In this document: one piece after another, positions 11,000-22,748 of the stretch
Layout: every line of letters begins with the position of its first letter
Numbering within the stretch: position 1 is the stretch's first letter
Assembly (NCBI GenBank): GCA_965637545.1
Contig: OZ281500.1
Span: forward strand, 2,604,001-2,668,000
Reading direction: 5' to 3'
Length of the DNA stretch: 64,000 nt
From: Phallusia mammillata
Taxonomy: Eukaryota
Notes under the pieces: model-generated
What the model saw: only the letters and a program-made list of their open reading frames with translations
Told to the model about the DNA's origin: nothing
Databases searched by the model: none
Translations under genes and position numbers: made by a program

Positions 11000-13100
11000 T
11001 CCCATGGGACCACATTTCAAAGCACTGAATGCATTACCGACTGTCAAACACTGACACAGCAGCCCTTTGGTGAACCAGTTGATTCTAGTTAAACAGGCGC
11101 TCACCTGGTAATGACTCCCAAAAACCGTAGTGCTTAGTCTCGCCTGTGTATAATATTTAGCAGAAAAACATTGCGTCACACAATGGTTTTGAAAATTTGT
11201 TTGTGAACATCATGAAGAGTTTTTACAAGAGAGCAACCATTACAACATGATATGCTTTTTTTTCAGTTCAAGCCATTGACCTGTCCTTGCTGTTGTTTTT
11301 GTTGGTCATTTATTTAATAGTTTTTACTAAGTTGGTATAACGAATCTCACATAATCCAAACGCACATTAATGAACGTTTTTTTTTTCAATGACCTTTACT
11401 CACAGTATACTTGCGCGGATGCCCATTACTCCAATTAACTCTCAGGGCCACGAAAACATCTGGAGTCTTTTATATCACGTGGTTCCGCTTGGAATGCCCG
11501 GCATCTCATATTAAATGCCCGGTTATATAAATTCCCATGCGACTTCGCGGGAATTGTTGGTGCAACTTCGGGGCTCCTAACTCTTTTTCTCTTATCAGCG
11601 ACTTCTGTCATCGCTCTTAGCGAGATTTAAAGCTCTGTCATCGGCAAACGGAAATTATCGTAAGACGTTTTTGTCCACAACATAACAGCTTTAATGCTAT
11701 ACAAAAGTGCTTGTCAACCTTTTTTGAAATACACACTTATAACGTTACCCTAAAATTTCCACACCCACTCAAAAAATTATTTACCCTTTTATCCACTGAA
11801 TCTGTGGTCCTAAGATAAGGATGGACTCAATGTAAATCCATAGTCATTTATTTTACGGCAAACAACTTAGTGGAAGCTGTAACTTGTAATTCACTTAACT
11901 TGTGATACATGTTGTAAACTACTATGTATTGTACACTGCAGTCAGTCTGGACTACAATATAAAGCTGCCGATTGCGATGGCCCTAGTATAAAAGTTTAGA
12001 TTACATATCTGAAAAAAGGGCTGTACAAAAATTCTTTCAGATTTTCTGTTTAGTTTCTAGAGTTTTATTTTGTGTAAAATATATTTACATTGACAATACT
12101 ATTATGTTTTGATTGATATTTACATCTTTGATGGTCGACGTCACAAAACCTTTAAGTCAATAAGTTCACGTGACTCACCATAAACATATGACGTTGTTTG
12201 CACCTTTTATCGTGTTGGTAGGTGACGTACAAGTTATTATTGTCTACTCAACTTTCCACAACCAATGGTGTCCATAAGAAAAGCGTCAATCTAAGTCATT
12301 ATAAATACAATTTATGTCTTTAAAAGCAGTGCAGGCAACTCAAAACCTTTATTTACTTTTTTACTTGCTTTAAAGTGCACCAATCTTTAAAGAACTTTTA
12401 GTTTTTCCTTATGTTGGGGTTCGTAAATGACAACAAGATATCAATATAAGTATGAAGGGAACACTTTTTTTAGTAAACAAAGCTAAGTAACTGTTTTAAA
12501 TATTAAAACTGGGTAATTTCGAATCTTTTAAATATTAAATAAACCAGTAAAGTGTTATAAAAAAGTGAATTAGTAAACGTGATGAGTGATTTAAAACGAT
12601 TTATTACACTCAAAAACATCATGATTGTATATGTAGGTCTTCACAACATTCGTATGCCAACAAATTCTCTTGCAATTGTATTTTTATACCGACGTTTTGA
12701 CGTCCTATGCAAGGGTAAATAACACTGAATGCGCGGAATACAGTGCACGATAAACAAAAGAGAAAAGACTTAAACGCCAGCGCGTCACAACGCAACTTAT
12801 AATTTACGAACAATTTATATACTAACCTTTTCGCATTATAGTCCCACCAAGCGGACTCAATTACAGGTGCGTTCCTTTTTTCACTTTTCCACGGGGATTC
12901 GCGATGAGATGCTGGTGCCACGCGCCTGGTTCCACCACCTGTTTGCTGATGCACTTCTGTGGCAGCTGAATTTAAATACTCAGACGCACCGGCATTTAAT
13001 AAATTTAAACCACCATCGAGCGAATAGAGAAGAGGCGTTTCTTAACCCGGTGTCGATGGTGCAATGGTCCAATGGGAGTTGCTAGTCTTATCACGTGACA
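11000..13100. promoter_or_regulatory. Candidate distal Mrf enhancer region (EBF sites and E-boxes)
   Basis: Perfect TCCCATGGGA at 11000-11009. One-mismatch EBF sites at 11533, 12888 and 13068. E-boxes CAGGTG 12864, CACCTG 12936, CAGCTG 12963. Confidence 0.4.
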
Positions 13101-14041
13101 GTATATCTCCAAGTCTTTGTAGAGTTTGCGTATGAGAATTTTTTTATGATACATTTCATTGCGTCTAACGCTGCATCATACCGAAAGTTGTACAAACTAA
13201 AAGAGCAGAATGCACACGGTTATTTAGGCTAATAAACTTGCCAAACCAATCCTAATAGGGAAAAGGACAGATATAGCAATGGTTTTAATCAACCGTGTAT
13301 TTTTCAAAGATAACTTGCAAAATCCTTCTGAAATAATTTCAATCTTAACTGTTTTTGTTTGATGCTGTTTTACTATTTTCTGAAGAAACCAAGCGTTACC
13401 AATTTTTGTTTCTGTGTCCTTACGCACCTTTTTACCATTTAAAACACATTCCCTTATTTCAACACTACGTGGTAGCCTAAAATATCGTTACCGTGCACTT
13501 TTTTGCCTACCGGGATTAATTTCAGCTATTTAATGCCGTTAGGTGGCAGTAACAGACAACAAAGCATAAAAAAAAGCCTATAGGGTTGTCAGGGGGTCCG
13601 AGGTTGCATTTGCAAGTTGTACAAAGAGATTTCGAATACTACACTACAACTGCAACCTCTTAATCTTAAAACAAAACATATTTCTGACTTTTTATCTTTC
13701 TTATGTTACACCCATTTTTATTTGAAGAAATGTAAAACCTATGGTTTCTCCAAGGAGTTTTAGATACAATTGTTTGGTATTGACATTTCACAGCCACACA
13801 ACTTACGAGATAAAGAAAATCACTTATCTAAAAACAAATAGGAAACATTTTTGCCATTTCCTGTAGATGCATATCGAATTTTTTTATTCACACAATATGA
13901 ATCTTATTTGTGTTGACGTGTCGACGAAGAATGTACACAAAAGCATCTTGGGGCTAAATCACTGGCGTAAGTTTAGCCACAACCCCCACACTAATATACG
14001 ACTGATGTAAGCCAAAATACAAAAAAACAAAACAACAACAA

Positions 14042-15439
14042 CTAATTCAAATAATTCTGATCAGTTGGAGGTTGAAGGTTGAAGGTTGGGTTTTCTGCAT
14101 TAAATTCTTCCAGGTCCGTTGCAGCCACAACAGCAATTTTATGTATAAGAAAACCAAGCATAATATTACGTGGATACCGTAAACAAGGAAAACCAATAAA
14201 GTAAGACTTCAAAACATCATCGTGCAAAGGGCTTTTTAAAACACGACTTTGGAATTGTATGTGAATACGTAACAACGATATTTTTCTCAGTTGTCGATTT
14301 TATAAAATAAAAGTAAGCTGACCTGAAAAGTGAGCGATGTTCACCATCATGTATATTGCAATCACTGGAAGAATTGAAAATACTGCCAACTTTGTCATGT
14401 TCACTTTTACGTCTCGTATCTTCTCAACGAGCTGATTGAGGATCGGCCATCCCACATAGGGAAGCATGCCATGGTAAAACGCCCACGCCACGACCGATAC
14501 AGTGATCTTGGATATCTGATCTGTAGAAAAAACAGATTGAAAATTGTTTAATCGCACTTCACTGCCTGCAGAAAAACGAATCAAGCCCCCGATAATGATA
14601 ACAAGCAAAATGTAAAACCTGAAAACTGCAAACATTATTTCCAGTGCTAAATAGCTTTTTACACTTTTGTAATTGACGTAAACTAACGAGTAAGCAAGAA
14701 AACATGAGAAGAGATTGCAGCTTCGGGATGGTGACACCCTTCTCTTATCATTATTATGTACACATACCTTCCAAACACCAACAAAACTGACACCTTGACC
14801 AGGTTGTTATGAAAAGTTTGTCCACGCGTAGAGGACCCAAGCGGCGCACCGCAGGCCAGCTTAAAGGTATTGTAATCGACCCATGATGCTCCCAATGTAA
14901 TACCCACATCACAGTAGCAAGAAGGCGGCATTAAAGCCACGATACCACATGATTGGACTTAAACCTACGTTCCCAAGCATGTTTCTTAGTAGTCCAACTG
15001 TAAACATAAAAATACCAGTTTCCATCATGGATCCAGTACAGTTATTGCAACGCCGGCAATGAAACCGATCCGCTTTTTTCATTTCAAACTCTTCTTGCGG
15101 TTGTCCAAACGCAACTTTCAGTTTCCTATTGTCGCTAAATTCCTAAAAACACACGGTCTTGCCTATAACTAAACCTTCAGCGAGCCAAAATTTTAACTTT
15201 TTGTACAAATTTTTCATTGCTTGTGCTGTAGGCTACTGTTGAATGTTGATGCGGTAAATCTAACCTCGTAGCTTTAATCCCAACATTAATGTTAAATATC
15301 GCTTATGCCCAGCAGCTATATGTAGGATGTTTCCTCCTGAAGCAGTGTAGGCAAACAACAATTGGCGATCGTTGCAAACAACCCACAGCTTACTTGGGGT
15401 CTGTTGCTGCCCTGTGTGCACTGTAGCTTCTTCAGCCAT
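14042..15439 (-). pseudogene. HHAT/HHATL-like MBOAT acyltransferase fragment, frameshifted
   Basis: The exon at ~14322-14618, FYILLVIIIGG...VVAWAFYHGMLPYVGWPILNQ...KVNMTKLAVF...MMVNIAHF, aligns by eye with HHAT YYLLQF...MLAYVFYYPVLHNGPILS...KASLCVLAL...AELMAHL. The upstream exon (14768-15142) carries EEFEM and a DxxDxxWxFxxxW-like motif in different frames with stops. Confidence 0.5.
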
Positions 15440-18400
15440 TGAAAAGTTAATCGAAGTATGTTAGTGATATCTAAAAAACCACTGGTGGCCAACTGCTGAG
15501 CAATCGTTTTCTGTTTTGGCATAAAAACGATTCTCAATTGCATTGGACCATTGCGTGCAGGCAAAACAAGCCCAAGACTTCGTTATCCTTATGAAATCTA
15601 CATACAGAGACGTACAGAAAAGGCAACGTTAAAGATGCAGTTCATATACTTATTTCACAAGAGGTCATAGTGTATGTATGCGAATACTAATTAGGCCAAA
15701 GTTGCTCGTTTAATTTAAATGTCGAAATATTTTACTTGCATAAAAACAATTTTATTTGTCTCTTTGCGTAAAGTTGCGTTTCGGTCATTGGACAAAGGAG
15801 CGTTAATTGTTTTTGTGGCAAATAAAACGAAAATCAAATAAGCTTTGGACCTTTATTAAGTAAATTGACATAATTGGACTAAATTTGTTTGTTGGATTAA
15901 TGTAACTGCTCACGTATGTTAAAATAGCAGTGGAGGGATGTTCCGTGGTCAACATAGATGATAAATGGTAAGCGTAAAAATGAAAGCTAAAAGTCTAAAA
16001 ACATGATAAAGCTTCTTAGCTTCCTTTGTCTTCTAAAAACATTTTGGTAAAATGTTGTGAAATGTGAAGTACACTGATCACAAAAAGGAACTTTATGTTG
16101 CAGGTATTTTACAAGTGCATGCATGTTTTAAGGAAAACTGTTGCTATCAAGCAATACAATATTATTTTATGTTAACAAGCATATTTTTATATTATTCTTT
16201 GAACAACAAACAGAAGGTATATTATTGTTAAATGGCACAAGACATTTAATTCTAGCAGTAAAAGTTATGTGTGGTCTGTGGATGCCTTTAAACATTTGCA
16301 ATGTGTATCACCAATTATACCTCCTCAGTAAAATTATTGTTTTGAGAGTTTTTTTGTAGACTGTTATAGTGGTTTAACAAAGCTAATTAATATCACTTAT
16401 AATGGTGAAGCTAATAGACTTACATGTACTAATCTGATCACAAATCATCATTGCCTGCATGTTTTAGTTGCAATCTTAGTGATATCTTGCATCGTGAAAA
16501 TCTGATTTTCAAGTTATGATTTTCGGTGGATTGTTTTATGTATTGTAAATCTTTGGTTGTATGATATGCTTTAGTCATGACCACTTTGGTTTACATACAT
16601 TTCTGGTTACTTGCAATTTCAATATGCTAGTCTTTTCCATGTAATTAACTTAACGATGCAAGTAATCAGATTGTTTAACGATGATGGTCTACAGTTTTGG
16701 ATATAACATGTGGTAAAATGGCATTTGTAACTGAATTTATATCAAGCAAAAACACTTAAACACAATAAATGCAAAGTTAGTGCTGGATTGTAGAGGTTTT
16801 TGCTGTTTTCGATTGTACTAACGTAATGGTCTTCTAGCAGATAATATAATATATATAAAACAGGTAAAAACTTAATGGTTTTGAGACAATAAAAATAGGT
16901 ACAATCAAGCAAGCTTAAGTGCTAAACAGATTTTGTCACAGATTTTTATCAGTTGCTTGGTCATAGTGTTTCTGTGTTATATTTTAATTCCATTTGAGAT
17001 GCATTAGGTAACAATGCTTGACATATTGTGCTAAAGTTGCTTGTTGCTGGCGAACACAATTCGTTGTTACCATGGTTTCAATTTAAGGTAAACTAATATT
17101 ATTTGTGTAAAGAGTTTTAATTTAAGTTCACTTGGTTTGAACTTTACTGACTTTTCCAGTGTTACTATTCAGAACAATTTTGTTTGCATAAAAATATTAA
17201 TGGTTAGTACCTGAAGAAAATTCAGTGTGAAAAACCACTAAATCTGTCCCTGTGTTTTATTTGTTTGTCAACATAAATGCATTTCACTTTTATAAGCATC
17301 ATCAGTGTCTAAAAACAAAATAAAAAGATTAGTGCCTGGTTATTTTTGTCAAAATTAAATCAACCGGTTTTTAACTAGGGGATGATATGTGTGGATAAGT
17401 GTACGAGTGTGGGCACATATTGTTAGTAAATAGACTTGTCTTGTATTTCAGCAAAAGTGAAACTAACAATAATTGTGTTTTGATTTGAGGGGTCTTCCTT
17501 ATTCAATAGTTTGATTTTCAGAGGCAAACAGTCCTTTTGAACAGTCTTGTTGTCTTTTTTCACTAACATGAAATTCAATATTCTCTGGTCAAAGGTCTAT
17601 CGATTGACCATGCCTAATTGTTGTGATAGTCTATTTGCTGAGCTACGCTGGTATTATGTTCTGTTACTTTCAAGTAAACAAGCGACAACGAAGTAAAAAG
17701 AGGTCTTTGTGTGGCCACCATCGTAACATGTGAACAAAACCATTAGCCTCAGTGTTTTTCGTGGCTCTGCGTCTCAGGTTGCAGTTACCTCATCTATGGA
17801 AAGTGGCCCAACACAAAATCAGTTTGCAACCTGAGCCGATGCTCCTTAGGTGCAGGTCAGTTCAGTGTTTCGCAGAATAAAAAGCTGCTTGGAGCGCTCA
17901 GACATTGTGTTGTTCGGTAAAATCGGCAACGCCCTGACGTGGGCCAGGTTTTCTTTACACGAAACCAAGCGTACAAGAGCCTGAATGGCCTTCGTGTAAT
18001 TGGTAAGAATGTAAACAGTAGCTTTACAATGACAACGACTCTAGTCCATTGTGTGGTTCGGCGTCTTTCTCCCGTTGTGCGAAAACCTGCTTTCCCAAGC
18101 CCTGTTGTTCGTCTTCTGGCAGCTTTTAGTCGATTGGCATGAAATATTTAAGGCAATGAAAGGTGTTGATAAACATAACGCAACCTTGTAAGCGTTGTAA
18201 CTACATTTTAAAATGGGTTTTAGGCCCGATTGGCTCAAAGGAGTTTTACTACTTGACCCAGTTTTTGAGTAAACGCTTTGGTATAGATTAGTTTTCACCT
18301 GAGAAAGAATTAGTAATATATTACATGCAGACGTACAATGAAAATGACCCATAACTCTATTGCAGCTTAATGCGCTTAAAAAAGGCGCCTGTAGAAAAAA

Positions 18401-19299
18401 AAACGTTTGCAAGTTAAGAAAATCAGAGTGATTTCACATTTAGAAGAAGACGTTTAGACAAACCTCGTGAAAATGAAATCGTTACTTCAGTTTTAGCACT
18501 GGCGTTTGATAGACTGCATGAAACCCACCTTGTGTTCTATTTGCTAAAGGTTTTAGTGTATCCGCAATCGTAGTGGGCAATCAGGCCACCTCCCACGCGG
18601 CTAATATCATTCTTTCCCACGATGTAAATTGTCACAGTATCTTGTCGTATTCTCGGCTTGTCTGAATGGAGTGAACGTCATCGTTTGCGCAGGGGATGAT
18701 TGCTGTTGATTCAGGGGCACTTTCGAAAAGCAATCCGTCCGATTGAGCATGTGTATTTGTGCAACTGTCGGATGCTAGGGCTTGAGTGATTTGTAAGCAT
18801 TTAAATAGCACGTTTTGCTTAAAGAAAAGCATCGGACGTGTGATGTAGATATTCGATCGATGTGAAGTAGATGAAACACAAGGTTTAGCTCCGCAAATAT
18901 GTAAATAAAATCTTATTGTTATCTTTATACTAAAGGGTACTGTTGCATCAGTTCGCAATTGTCGTCTGCCCTAAGCTATTTAGTACGAATCTTATGTTCG
19001 ACTTTTGTGCAAATTAATAACTCAATCGCCCCATGTCAGATTAACAGCTAGCACCCAATTATTTGTTTCTGCCTAGAGCGGCTTTGTTTGTATGCCGTTT
19101 TGCTTAAGGAAAAGTAGTCTGAATTTTCTAATTTTATCCCTGCTGAATAGCTATCTTGTGCGTTGGTAACAGCCCAGTATAGAAATGATTAACACAGGGC
19201 CCCCAAATTAGTAAAATTTAAATTTTCATTGCCAGAGCGTAAAATCCCCAACACTTCAAACCACCATAGCAACATGACAAATACCTTTATGATTCATGC

Positions 19300-20130
19300 T
19301 TCGGTAACTGTTCAAAGCTCTTCATGGCCAAGTGGCTCTTCCCAGGGCCTATGTAACATCTCTACGCACCTGTATTATCAATTAAAAGCCTACCATAGCA
19401 TTTCAACCAACCTCCCTTTTCTTTACATACACACTAGTGACACGCATCTATTAGCACGTTTACAAATCAACGGAAGTTCGCTTAGCATCACTGGTTATCC
19501 CTTTGTAGTTGCACCGCTGAGTTTGCTCTTGCGGATAAATACAAGCTAATAATCAGCTTGTCTTTGCCCCCAACGGTTACCCCGATTTTAACGACGCGAT
19601 TCGAACTATGACACTGCGCACCTGGCATTTCGGTCATGCGGCTCAACAGCAGATAAGTTGCTAATAAATTTGTTTCTCCTGGCAACTTTAAGGACCCTTT
19701 TCCGTCGTTCATGCGATTTAACGTGATTTTGTATCGAATGCCGTTGTCCAATGCTTAATAAAATAAGGCTGATCGAACTCGGTAGCGTACATGTTTGGTC
19801 ACAGTTATAACTACTGTAGGTACATCTTTTAGGAAAACAAACGCATTTTTGGCCCAAAAAGTCCGTCGTGTGCACACCTTGCTTCAAGCGTGTGAAGGTA
19901 TAACCAGCGCCATAGTTCTTCAGATATATGAGTTTGTCAACGTTGCGAAATAGCACTCGACCAGGTATTATTATTTGTTGCCTCATTTGACCACTCCAGA
20001 GACTCGAACTATATGTCATATTATTTGTCCACAAGAGATACATACAGCTTGCGGATGCTTCCGTCAAAATCCCCGCTTCTTCTTCAGTGACATCTGCTCC
20101 ATCTCAAACCATCTGCGTTCTTTGTTTGTT
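19300..20130 (+). mobile_element. Highly decayed Penelope-like retroelement remnant (RT C-terminus and GIY-YIG)
   Basis: Motifs appear in the expected order but scattered across frames: NLPFLYIH (LPFLD-like), VFAPNGYP (NGYP), SNSVAYMF...YI..GK (GIY-YIG-like), LHLKPS. Confidence 0.35.
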
Positions 20131-22226
20131 ATGGCAATGAGACTGGTAGATTGGAATGTCGTTGAAGGGTCCTTTACTAGTCAACGACTCGCTCCTCCAG
20201 TCGAAAGTTGGGCTATTAGAATCATGGACTCTTGTGGCAGAGAGAAAAGGAGTACGGCTAAGATTTTTTATTGCTGTACGTGTTTTACTTCAATAGTTTC
20301 AGCTTTTCAGAGAAGACAGCTGCTCAAATTAGGAGCAGTTGTTCTCGGGATTATTAGGTTTTGCCCCACTGCAATTGCAAACAAGAACGCTCTTGTAAAG
20401 CATTTTAAAGACATACTAACATTACATTTGATTTAAGACACAATGAAAAATTTACTGAACTTTTTTGTGTACAATCTTTTTAATTTGTCCCACATTAAAC
20501 GTACAGCTTAAAACTAAAAAGCTAAAACTTTTAGCTTTTAAACTATATTTAGCCGATGGTTCATAATTAGGGCTATTGCGTCTTGTCGGTTTCCATTAAA
20601 CTACAGGAAAAGATGCAGACGTAAAAAATGCTGATTTGTTCTCTAATTCGAAGACGATTTTGCTTTTGAGCATAGGGGCTTAATTTGTAAACTGCGTACG
20701 TGAAATAGCGAACAGTATTTTAAAAAGGCTAATGCATTTGCTGCTTTGTCCTTGTTTCATGCCCTTGGCTTGCAAACCAACGATAAGCAAAACACGCCTC
20801 TTAGCTTTTCCACTGATAGGCAGCACGTTCCAATAAGTAGTCACAAGTGCCAAGGTAAAGTGCAGAGTGCCCACGCCGAGGACCAGCCAGCAGTGCTATC
20901 AACAAACACCGAGCAAGTGCAATCGTTATGTCAAGCACCAGTCAATGATTGCAAGGTTGTCGTTACGTTGCTCGTTCAGCTCTGTGTAGGCGTTGGAGTC
21001 GTAATACACTGGAAATAGGCTTGGGTTTAAGCCCAAAGCTTGTTTGGTTTAACTTATGCGAGTTGAGAAAATAGGTATGTTCACGTAAAAACGAAAGTGT
21101 GTGTGTTTTTGTTTATATGTTTGTACAGTTGCTAACAATAGGTTACAAATGCAAATTCATAAAAGCTTGTTACTGTGGAGATACAAATACTCTAATCTTG
21201 CAAAGTGAAAATCTTTTCTGGCGTTTCCGTAATAGAATGTTTATTAGACAAATTGACATGGTTGCGTGGTGGCTTTGTTTAGTGTGCGATATGTAATTGC
21301 TCGAACTGATTTTTTCTTCTGCACGTGAAGCTACATATTGCTTTTCAGCAAAAATGCATTTTTTTCCGAAAAGCATTATATTGCCTTCTAAATACGTTAT
21401 TTTGTTGATTTTTTGTTAAAGTGCACCCTTAGTGGCGTTCGTTATCTACACTATAAGGTTTTCCAAACTAGTTTAGTTACCTGCTCTTAGCTTGTATGCT
21501 ACTGTTTCTTGAAATTAGCAATTAGCCACGGAGAATATTGTGTTTTTACCACAAACCCATATTTGTTAAAGAGTAGCGAAATCCGATTACCTTCCGATTT
21601 TTAGCGTTGGTTATCAGGGTTCGTCGCGTCGCTTCATAGCTCATTAATAGAACTCGGCTTCAGTTCCACAAAGGGGGCATATGGGGCCTCACCCAGCTTT
21701 TGGGGTTTACCACGTCTGTCGTCAAGCCCAAACCCACCGAAAGGAACGTGAATAAAATACTACAGGATGTTGTAATGATTTCTCGCCCCATTTGCTTTCT
21801 CTTCCGTTTCGTCCATGTTTACCTTCTGAGTTGTTACCACACGGTGTAAATTTGTTTAGTACTTTCCTTTTTACCTACTGCAGGTCCGCGGCCCTTGGTT
21901 GCTTTGTAAGTATAGTTTTGAAACACCTTAAAATCGGAAGTTATTGCATATTAATTGCCGGTTTAGGGAAGTACTTGAATACGTTAACAACTACCTCAAT
22001 GCAAAATGCTGTGTGTTGGTGATTTGTAAGACGCGCATCTTGGTACTTATTTCGACTTTTGGGGTCAACTTAAAAGATTCCCCGTGAAGTTTAGTTAAAA
22101 TTGCAAGTTTGGTATTTATTTATAAATCATGATACCATTAACCTATTTAATTGACCTCAGTTATTTGAACAAATGAATCCAAGGGCGTCAATGGACAAAT
22201 TATTCTGTGCTTGACGTGATTCGGAT

Positions 22227-22748
22227 TCCCCATGGGGACGGTAGGAAAGTGGCGACGGATGTATAAAAGAATCCTAATCCAAACAGTGGAGATTTCCTGA
22301 TGCGCTCGAGTTCTCTGTGAATTGATTACCAGTCGCTCTATCAACGCGACGAAAGCCTGCTTCTCGTCTTCATTCGGAAGTCGTACGTATGTACGTTTAT
22401 GATGCGTGACACTGTTCTGAGCGCAACTTAAGTGAGCCGTGAAGCTCTGGTCGTGCCTTGTCGTCGGTCTCCCACCGTGCTTGCTGAATAGACTTCGTCG
22501 CCACTTGGTCTGGCTGCTTGAATGGTTTACCTGTGCTCAAAGTGGGGTCATTTTCAAGTGGAAGGTTCAGTTCTGTGTAATTCGCTATTTCACATTGTAG
22601 TCATCAGTCAGACTGCTGGTGGTGGTTGTTTAGTAGATTATGGTGTCTGTAGGGAGTTCGTTGGCGTGTATTTGGTGTTGGTGGTTTGCTATCGTGTAAA
22701 GAGAATTTTATAGTCTGCTTGGTTTTTACCCACCACATGTGGGTATGT
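22227..22748 (+). promoter_or_regulatory. TATA promoter plus candidate non-coding first exon
   Basis: 12-bp palindrome TCCCCATGGGGA (22227-22238), TATAAAAG (22262-22269), a CpG-rich downstream segment, and donor GG|gtatgt at 22743. Confidence 0.45.

Noticed and set aside
15040-15075. HCRRCNNC suggesting a DHHC palmitoyltransferase
   Set aside because: No DHHC motif follows. It is better explained as an off-frame reading in the HHAT-like pseudogene.
16550-16564. tctttggttgtatga resembles miR-9
   Set aside because: It lacks the central 8 nt and the miR-9-3p arm. Only the generic hairpin is kept, as part of a finding.
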